DNA from: a virus
Virus record (IMG/VR): IMGVR_UViG_3300028840_003271
Span: 64,001-128,000 of that record
Strand: one strand, 5' to 3'
DNA: 64,000 nt
Positions 9,065 to 15,243 of the stretch are shown here, piece by piece. A program made the translations under genes and the position numbers. The notes below the pieces were generated by a model. That model worked only from the letters and a program-made list of their open reading frames with translations, was not told where the DNA came from and searched no databases. Position 1 is the first letter of the stretch; each line of letters starts with the position of its first letter.

Positions 9065-9301
9065 TCAGTATGAACCTTCAATATATTTTCCCGCATCAAT
9101 TAGTGCATATACACTGCTTGCGAGAAACATTGCTATTTCGTGTTTATGTCTTTTACTAAATATGTCGGTTGGGTCGTCTGCAATATTCCATTCAAACGGA
9201 TCTTTACAGTCTTCAATTTTACACGTTCCTGTTAAAACGTGCTTATCATAATCAAACTTGACTTTCACTCTATCAAAAGTCTGAGTAATATTGATTATCA
9301 T
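9065..9301 (-). CDS. hypothetical protein
   Basis: AAGGAA RBS, followed by terminator. Confidence 0.6.
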   Translation of the reverse strand: MIINITQTFDRVKVKFDYDKHVLTGTCKIEDCKDPFEWNIADDPTDIFSKRHKHEIAMFLASSVYALIDAGKYIEGSY

Positions 9302-9795
9302 CGTTTCTTTTTTCCTTTTTCTGGTCGGACACCAAGTTACTTTGGGTAATCAAACATTTCTATTTGTATTTTTTATTCTTCCATTTCTTTTCTCCTGAAA
9401 TTTGAAATTTATTCGATTAGATTACAGTTTGTTTTCAATAAAAAGGTTTCACATATTAGGAGAACTAACAGGATAATAAGATATGACAAGGGGTATAGCA
9501 TACTATTTACTATCCATTTTTTTATTTGTGAGAATGAACGTAACACGATAATTACAAACAAGATGATAACTACTTAATAAGAGTAAAAGAAGAATACAAA
9601 CCATACATACTATATATTCAGAAGAGGGGGGGGTGTTTCTGAATTTTTAGATAATAATACCTTTATATTAAAAACAAAAAAACTATTAAAATAACTATGA
9701 CCTTCAAGTCAATAATCTTGATTTTTACTTCAATAAACCATGACTATGACTACACTTATGACTTTTGCAATAATTGACTTTTTTAAGTAGGAAAG

Positions 9796-9867
9796 TAGGA
9801 CTATATGGAATCGAACCATATCCTCGGCCTTATAAGAGTCGCGTGCTTACCATTACACCATAGTCCC
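9796..9867 (-). tRNA. tRNA-Ile(UAU)
   Basis: Acceptor GGGACTA/TAGTCCT, D arm GGTGTAATGGTAAGCAC, loop CT-TAT-AA, GGTTCGATTCC; one mismatch in anticodon stem. Confidence 0.85.
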
Positions 9868-10031
9868 ATACTTTTTATTTGTAGATTTGTTAGATGTGTC
9901 TACCCGACTGAAAAAAAACCTTACTAGTCTTACTGAAAAAAAACTGAAAAAAAACTTTGGCCGATTTCAAAGAAAATGTATGATTTCATATGTCAAAGTG
10001 AAAAAAACACGATACTATTGAAATAGGAGAT

Positions 10032-10295
10032 ATGACTATGACTAAATGTTTATGTTGTGGTTTTCAAACAAATAATCCAAAGTTTTGTTCTTGTTCTTGT
10101 GCCAACTTATATAATTATAGAAAATATCCAAGACGATTAGGGCGGCGAAAAATTAATGAGATAAAAAAAGACATGTCCAAAAAACCAAATCATATTTGTA
10201 AGTTTTGTTCTGCTGAATTTTATAGCCCACATAAAAACGCCAAGTTTTGTTCTCGACTATGTTTTCAACGTCATATGAAAAAGCTTTTTGACTAA
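10032..10295 (+). CDS. Zn-finger protein, probable truncated N-terminus of an HNH homing endonuclease
   Basis: AGGAG RBS; two CxxC...KFCS..C modules; no nuclease motif. Confidence 0.55.
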   Translation: MTMTKCLCCGFQTNNPKFCSCSCANLYNYRKYPRRLGRRKINEIKKDMSKKPNHICKFCSAEFYSPHKNAKFCSRLCFQRHMKKLFD

Positions 10296-10302
10296 TTTTA
10301 AG

Positions 10303-10374
10303 TGGGACCATTGGGAATTGAACCCAAATTGCCGGATTAAAAGTCCGGTGTTCTACCATTTGAACTATAGTCCC
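10303..10374 (-). tRNA. tRNA-Lys(UUU)
   Basis: Acceptor GGGACTA/TGGTCCC, anticodon arm CCGGA-CTTTTAA-TCCGG, GGTTCAATTCC. Confidence 0.93.
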
Positions 10375-10387
10375 GATTTTCCATCAT

Positions 10388-10534
10388 TTTTGTTTGGGTG
10401 TTAAATTTTAAGTTTATCTCAGTCTCAATAAGGACCCTCTCAGTCTCAATAAGATCCGTATAAGGGGGTTTGAAGCGTCTTATTGAGACTACGATTTTCT
10501 TATTGAGACTACGATTTTGTTTGGGTGTTAAATT
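10388..10534. repeat. symmetric element: 2x AGTCTCAATAAG plus 2x inverted CTTATTGAGACT, bracketed by a 20-bp direct repeat
   Basis: 12-mers at 10421, 10442, 10479, 10499; TTTTGTTTGGGTGTTAAATT at 10388 and 10515. Confidence 0.9.
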
Positions 10535-10716
10535 ACTTCTTCTGTAGTGTGAGTTTGTTTTCTATTGACATAATAATATTTACCACCCAAGGGAATTCGA
10601 GTTAGAAAACGACCCCATTCATCTTTATAAATTTGACAATTATAAATGTCTGTTCCGTGTTTAATTTTAGCACATCCAACAGATTTAATTTTTATTTCTA
10701 CTTTTTGGGGTTTCAT
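10528..10716 (-). CDS. hypothetical protein
   Basis: AAGGT RBS, co-oriented. Confidence 0.55.
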   Translation of the reverse strand: MKPQKVEIKIKSVGCAKIKHGTDIYNCQIYKDEWGRFLTRIPLGGKYYYVNRKQTHTTEEVI

Positions 10717-10753
10717 TTTTCTACCTTTTCAAAATTACAGAGAAAAAAAAAGA

Positions 10754-11257
10754 CTACATAACTTCAGACAAAGGTTCCTTGCTTATTGCAGTGATTTTTT
10801 GCCGGCATCTTCGACAATAATACCTTTTTCCCTCCAAAAATCTTTTCTTTTGAGTTGCTCCCAATGTGCAGCCGTTATGACATGCACATTTTCCACGATA
10901 TCTTTTGACTTCCAATTTTTGACAACTTACATTATGACATCTTTGTGGTAATTTTCCACATTTTCGCATATAATATTGCCATTCAGTTCCATGACTAGGT
11001 GGTTGCCATCTACTTTCCTTAAATTTTTCCATGACTACAATATGACATGCTTCATGCACAACCGTATTTTCCCTTTCCTTTTCGGACATATGTTCCATTA
11101 CATGCGGAGAAAGTTCAATATAATACTTTCCATCTTTTCTATTTGCCCGACCAGCAGTGGTTTTCAATGCACAATTGACTACCATATCACATTTGATATT
11201 CGGGTAGCCACATTTAACAAAGGTTTCATTCATTAAAACACGATATTTGCCGGCCAT
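10754..11257 (-). CDS. SprT-like metalloprotease with Zn ribbon
   Basis: TTAGRA, VVHEACH (HExxH), SHGTEW, C-terminal CAC and CRRC. Confidence 0.9.
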   Translation of the reverse strand: MAGKYRVLMNETFVKCGYPNIKCDMVVNCALKTTAGRANRKDGKYYIELSPHVMEHMSEKERENTVVHEACHIVVMEKFKESRWQPPSHGTEWQYYMRKCGKLPQRCHNVSCQKLEVKRYRGKCACHNGCTLGATQKKRFLEGKRYYCRRCRQKITAISKEPLSEVM

Positions 11258-11562
11258 TTTCTTTTCCTTTATTTTAAGGAGAAAAAAACAGACTACTTAA
11301 TTACAATCAATAATAGCACCACCAATCTTTTTCCGTTAGTTCTAGTGCTAAGATAACCGTGTTTTCCGCACTCATTTTTTCTCTCCTTAAATACTGACTA
11401 TGCCTGACTACCGAATTTTCCACCAAATTAGATTGGGTAATCATTTTCACATTTGGTGGCGAATTGTTTCTTTTTTTGTTTTCTCTTTTTTCCTTCTATA
11501 CTACATTTTACCTATTCAGCTTGCCCCACAAGGGGGGGTTGCATAGGCGAGGTGCCGCAACC

Positions 11563-11591
11563 ATTCTAGCATATCGGCAGACCGAATACAA
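11563..11591 (-). promoter_or_regulatory. sigma70-type promoter TTGTAT-N17-TAGAAT with extended TGn
   Basis: minus: ggggTTGTATtcggtctgccgatatgcTAGAAT; A-rich UP-like tract upstream. Confidence 0.8.
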
Positions 11592-11610
11592 CCCCTAGAA
11601 TGTTTTTCTA

Positions 11611-11626
11611 TGGCATAGCTTTTGCT
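11611..11626 (+). promoter_or_regulatory. sigma54 (-24/-12) motif TGGCATAGCTTTTGCT
   Basis: GG-N10-GC, close to consensus TGGCAC-N5-TTGC. Confidence 0.65.
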
Positions 11627-11720
11627 GGAATACCCCCCGATTTGACTAGACAGACGGCTGACACTATATATAGATAATGCCATAGCATTTGTACATCACT
11701 AATGGGAGGGGGGAGCGAAT

Positions 11721-11893
11721 CCCACACCCCCCAAAGGTACCCCCCTAGGTGGAGAATGCTGTGCCCCACACCCCTCGAAGGCACCCCCCTGGTTGGATAG
11801 GGTTGTTCCCCACACCCCCTAGAAGTGCTTCTCCCCTAGGTGGGGGGTAGGGTATCCCTCGCGTGCGAAGCTGGAGTAGGGTATCCCTCGCGT
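11721..11893. repeat. cassette A: three 44-bp units plus GGGTATCCCTCGCGT x2
   Basis: CCCACACCCC at 11721, 11765, 11809; homologous to 12972-13144. Confidence 0.85.
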
Positions 11894-11901
11894 ATGCCCA
11901 C

Positions 11902-11924
11902 AAAAAAAGCCCCCTTGCGGGGGC
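11902..11924 (-). terminator. intrinsic terminator
   Basis: minus: GCCCCC-GCAA-GGGGGC-TTTTTTT (GNRA loop). Confidence 0.9.
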
Positions 11925-11935
11925 GAGCATGTTTC

Positions 11936-12076
11936 CTATCGCTTTGATAGGGTTTTCATGCGTTGTTGGTGGTGCCATCCTGCCTTGTGTCGGTCTAGAT
12001 TGCCTCCTCTGACGCGAAGGCCACATTGAGGGCATTTCTTGGGGCTTTGTTGGGAAGGGTCAGTTTTCGTTGTCAT
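11936..12076 (-). CDS. 46-aa C2H2-like zinc finger mini-protein (below ORF-track cutoff)
   Basis: GGAG RBS; MTTKTDPSQQSPKKCPQCGLRVRGGNLDRHKAGWHHQQRMKTLSKR*; ends just before terminator. Confidence 0.7.
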   Translation of the reverse strand: MTTKTDPSQQSPKKCPQCGLRVRGGNLDRHKAGWHHQQRMKTLSKR

Positions 12077-12113
12077 AACACAGACTCCGTAAAAGGGGAA
12101 GGGAAGCTACAAG

Positions 12114-12329
12114 CTAGTTGATACAATTGGGCGTACGCAAGGGGTGCCCTTTGTCGAACGTGTAACGATAGGGGTCTGCAAGACCATTGTCGATTTGGTG
12201 TTCTTCAGTCTCATATGGTCCTTGGCGAGGACAATCGAGAACTGGGCGGATATGCCACCCTATCGGGGCAATGTGGCGGATTGCTACATAGCCCACTATC
12301 ATATCTTGCGTGCTACCATAAAGGGACAT
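12114..12329 (-). CDS. hypothetical early protein
   Basis: Start MSLYGS; lies between promoter-proximal gene and terminator. Confidence 0.45.
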   Translation of the reverse strand: MSLYGSTQDMIVGYVAIRHIAPIGWHIRPVLDCPRQGPYETEEHQIDNGLADPYRYTFDKGHPLRTPNCIN

Positions 12330-12414
12330 GTTTGATTCTTGGGTTATAGGGTGCAGAGAAGCTGACCTATTCTCCCCCCTCCGGAGAGGGGGGGTGGTAG
12401 GGTAGCTTGCCGTG

Positions 12415-12735
12415 TCACTCTTCAGTGTCTTCAACAAGAAGGGCAGTAAACGCGGTCTTTTTTCCGCTTCCCTTTGCTCGCCCCCTTGGAAGGGAAGGAA
12501 GGATAATCCCCCTTTCCTTCTTCAGGGCATTACGCAGTTCGACGCGAACCTTTTTCGCGTCATCAAGGGACAGTTGAAATTGTTCGGCGAGCTCTTCATT
12601 GGTGAGGGTCGCTTTGCCCTGGGCATCGGTCGCCTGCAATGCAACTACCATAGGGCGGGTACGACGTGCCTTGGCAATCAGTACTTCCCTCGTGTCGCCC
12701 GAAACCGCAACATAATCCTCGTAACTTGCCATCAT
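12415..12735 (-). CDS. putative HTH-like DNA-binding early protein
   Basis: First gene after promoter 12789-12817; LTNEELAEQFQLSLDDAKKVR; basic PRGRAKG. Confidence 0.65.
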   Translation of the reverse strand: MMASYEDYVAVSGDTREVLIAKARRTRPMVVALQATDAQGKATLTNEELAEQFQLSLDDAKKVRVELRNALKKERGIILPSLPRGRAKGSGKKTAFTALLVEDTEE

Positions 12736-12788
12736 TCACCCTTTCGCAAAACAGAGAATAGAATCGGTTGAAACGCACAACACCTCTG

Positions 12789-12817
12789 ATTCTACACTGT
12801 CGACAATCGGAATACAA
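12789..12817 (-). promoter_or_regulatory. sigma70-type promoter TTGTAT-N17-TAGAAT
   Basis: Same hexamers, spacer length and upstream context as 11563-11591. Confidence 0.8.
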
Positions 12818-12846
12818 CCCCTAAAATGTTTTTTTTTGATTCCGTT

Positions 12847-12862
12847 TGGCACAAAATATGCT
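12847..12862 (+). promoter_or_regulatory. sigma54 (-24/-12) motif TGGCACAAAATATGCT
   Basis: GG-N10-GC with perfect TGGCAC. Confidence 0.65.
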
Positions 12863-12971
12863 ATTGGTGACGGACCATCAAGATAGATCGACTGACTGAC
12901 TGACTGACTGACAGACTAACTACTTCGCGTGGGGGGTAACCAGGTCTCCCCCCTGTCGGCAGATACCGTAT

Positions 12972-13144
12972 TCCACACTCCCCAAAGGAGTATCCCCCTT
13001 GTGGAGAGTGTTGTTCCCCACACCCCCCGAAGGTATCCCCCTAGTTGGATAGGGTTGTTCCCCACATCCCCCAGTGGTGTTTATCCCCCGAGTGGGGGGT
13101 GGAGTTCTCCTCGCGTGCGAGATCCAGCAGGGTATCCCTCGTGT
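12972..13144. repeat. cassette B: three ~44-bp units plus GGGTATCCCTCGTGT
   Basis: Units at 12972, 13017, 13061; homologous to 11721-11893. Confidence 0.85.
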
Positions 13145-13145
13145 G

Positions 13146-13397
13146 CTAGGCTAGGCCAAGGGGCAGGAAAAAGTCCCGATCGGCAAGATATTGTTCCATG
13201 CCATGGTACCATGCTGCCCATGCAATAGGATCGTGGGTGAGGGAGAAGGGGTTGTCGGTTGGATGGTCATATCCCCGATTGTACCCCCTCGCATAATGGG
13301 GGTCATACATGAATCTATGCCAATCCCTCTGATTAGGGGGTATGTCGGCAAAATGCCGATCGAGTATTGCAATGTGGCGAAGGGGTTCGGTTAGCAT
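13146..13397 (-). CDS. hypothetical early protein
   Basis: GGGAG RBS; YARGYNRGY...NPF...AWAAWYHG motif. Confidence 0.65.
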   Translation of the reverse strand: MLTEPLRHIAILDRHFADIPPNQRDWHRFMYDPHYARGYNRGYDHPTDNPFSLTHDPIAWAAWYHGMEQYLADRDFFLPLGLA

Positions 13398-13409
13398 GGA
13401 TGATTCTCC

Positions 13410-13715
13410 CTATTCTGAGGGGGCAAGATAGAATCTTATCAAAGCTTGTCTTTCATCTTCCGAAATGGAGGGAAAGACTCCCTTCATATAAGAAGCTTTC
13501 TGTACTCGCGTAAAATGCGGAAGGGGGGTTCCCTTATCGCTCAGTCCGAAAATACGATATAGTAATCGGGGGAGATCACCTTTGAGATGCACACCTTCCC
13601 CCTCATCGAAGGGGGTTTCGCCTTGTGCCCTTCTGCCGAGAGTGTAGAACTGGGCAAGTTCTTCCACCCTTTCGGGAGTAGCTCGCCGAGGGGCATATGG
13701 TATCGGAAGGAACAT
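13410..13715 (-). CDS. hypothetical early protein
   Basis: AGGAGG RBS, TGATG coupling. Confidence 0.7.
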   Translation of the reverse strand: MFLPIPYAPRRATPERVEELAQFYTLGRRAQGETPFDEGEGVHLKGDLPRLLYRIFGLSDKGTPLPHFTRVQKASYMKGVFPSISEDERQALIRFYLAPSE

Positions 13716-14062
13716 CAGGAATCCTCCTTTTGGGGGGTAACTAGATAGGCGAGCATTTTCGCAAACTCATCCGACTTTTGGGGGGTATTGTTCCCTCTCC
13801 TTTTTCTCCCCTGTTTTGAGGTATACTTATACCTCCCCTTGCAATTGTTGGGGTGTTTGCCTACTGCCGTTTTCGGATAGCGGCGAGCTAGGATACCTTC
13901 CGATTCTGCCTGACTTGATATGGCCTTGTCCCTTGTCTTTCTCGCCTCCACTAGTTCCATTGCCTTTTGTGGAGTTAGTTTCTGTATCTCGGCAGAGGAA
14001 AGGTACCGTTTCATAAGAGGCAGCATCATCTCCACCAAAATGGGGGGTGTGTTCTCAGTCAT
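13715..14062 (-). CDS. hypothetical basic early protein
   Basis: Start MTENTPP chosen; upstream extension looks non-coding. Confidence 0.55.
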   Translation of the reverse strand: MTENTPPILVEMMLPLMKRYLSSAEIQKLTPQKAMELVEARKTRDKAISSQAESEGILARRYPKTAVGKHPNNCKGRYKYTSKQGRKRRGNNTPQKSDEFAKMLAYLVTPQKEDS

Positions 14063-14256
14063 CGTATTACTACCTTTTGGGGTGGAAGGGATTGTACTAG
14101 GCCGGTGGTCGAATCGACCACTATAGCTCGTAATCGCTTGCTGTTTGCCTCCCTTACGTAGGCTAGCAGATAGCCCATGCGGGAGGTTCTCAGTCGGTTG
14201 TTTACTGGCGTGCGTCGAATCTCGACTTGCATTGTTCATCCTCCTGCTAGGGGGAA

Positions 14257-14529
14257 CTAGTCCCCCGCTTGCCGAAGTAGTTCCTTTGGGGACAACCCCC
14301 CCGATTGTAGGGCAATCCACTCCGCCCTACTCTGCAATCCCCCCTGCTGGTTGTCGATTCTCCGCCCGATGGTGGGAGAGCTATCGGTATGCAAAGGGGA
14401 TATCGGGGTATTCTGTACAATCCCGAAAAAGGTTCCTTTCGTGCGGGGAGGTTCCTTGCCTCCGATAGGGAAGCACAGTTTCCCTTTGCGGAATTGCCCC
14501 TTGCGTTGACGGGGTTGAATCGTCACCAT
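14257..14529 (-). CDS. hypothetical early protein
   Basis: GAAGGAAG RBS, overlaps upstream stop. Confidence 0.45.
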   Translation of the reverse strand: MVTIQPRQRKGQFRKGKLCFPIGGKEPPRTKGTFFGIVQNTPISPLHTDSSPTIGRRIDNQQGGLQSRAEWIALQSGGLSPKELLRQAGD

Positions 14530-14810
14530 GGTCTTCCTTCATGGAGTATAAAGGTTGCCATTTCATAGGCTAACTTGGCCTGTAATAGACCGAGGTGTGG
14601 CAACACGGACCGAATAACCTTTATCGTGGCAAGTCTTCTCTCATTGCCGCTACTAAGGTTATATTGGCACAATGCCATGATACTTTTGTATTCCTGTTCT
14701 TGCAATTCAAGGGTGGGGTTCGGCTGGTCCATTTGCCACGATCCGTCTGCCTGCTCCCGATACGTTACTACCACGCCATTGTCGCCATGAATTCGGATTA
14801 CGTGTTGCAT
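14523..14810 (-). CDS. protein with ribosomal bL12 (L7/L12) C-terminal-domain-like motif
   Basis: RLATIKVIRSVLPHLGLLQAKLAYE resembles [30 protein letters not shown] RBS. Confidence 0.65.
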   Translation of the reverse strand: MQHVIRIHGDNGVVVTYREQADGSWQMDQPNPTLELQEQEYKSIMALCQYNLSSGNERRLATIKVIRSVLPHLGLLQAKLAYEMATFILHEGRPW

Positions 14811-14841
14811 CGCCGATCCCCTTATGCGAAAGTACAGTTCC

Positions 14842-14887
14842 GATTCTCACCGGATTGTGAGAATCTACCGAAGTATAGCATTGTCAA
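14842..14887 (-). promoter_or_regulatory. probable extended -10 promoter (TGcTATACT) followed by palindrome GATTCTCAC-N6-GTGAGAATC
   Basis: Directly upstream of first island gene; the adjacent TTGACA is too close to serve as -35. Confidence 0.5.
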
Positions 14888-14981
14888 GCCCACCCCCCAA
14901 AAGATATTCGTCGCAAGTCGGTTCATAGTCAATACTTAGGGCAATATTTTTCTCGAAGTGGACACACCGAAAAATGAGACC

Positions 14982-15044
14982 AGCAAACCGTATGCCAATG
15001 GTTCGGTATGGCATTTGCTGTCGGGTTTTGGTACGAAAGTTGCT
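14982..15044. promoter_or_regulatory. cluster of three sigma54-type motifs (14982-14997 minus, 15004-15019 plus, 15029-15044 plus)
   Basis: TGGCATACGGTTTGCT, CGGTATGGCATTTGCT, TGGTACGAAAGTTGCT; all GG-N10-GC. Confidence 0.65.
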
Positions 15045-15243
15045 GTGAGTCCAGGTGGGGGGGATGCCGGCACCCGTAGGATATAGTAGGATTTGGGGCT
15101 GTGGGGCATAGGTTCGCAGAGAAGGGGGAGAACAAACGTTCATACCCCATATGGGTGGGTGGTATTTTCTGATTTTGGGTTGTGGGGGATATTATACCCC
15201 CCAAAAACGGAAGGCATGTATTCTAAATATAGACCAAACAATA

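Larger units (their letters stand above)
8979..9476. repeat. 48-bp direct repeat pair (8979-9026, 9429-9476)
   Basis: TTGTTTTCAATAAAAAGGYTTCAYATATTAGGAGAACTAACAGGATAA, 2 mismatches. Confidence 0.9.
11515..15215. other. GC-rich island (about 50-55% GC by eye) in an AT-rich phage genome; probable early region
   Basis: Abrupt compositional switch at both ends; many C/G homopolymer runs. Confidence 0.85.

Noticed and set aside
11721-13144. Mini-CRISPR or type I-E repeat (GTTGTTCCCCAC...GTGGGG resemblance)
   Set aside because: The 44-bp period is too short, the intervening sequences resemble each other, there is no intact 29-nt repeat and no cas genes are present.
11745-13228. ORFs 11745..12035 and 12929..13228 across the repeat cassettes
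   Set aside because: Pro/Gly-rich read-through of GC-rich repeats; one crosses a terminator; no clear RBS.
11515-15215. Integrated IS or prophage attachment site explaining the GC island
   Set aside because: No transposase or integrase, no terminal repeats or target duplication; promoters and genes are co-oriented with the phage early array.
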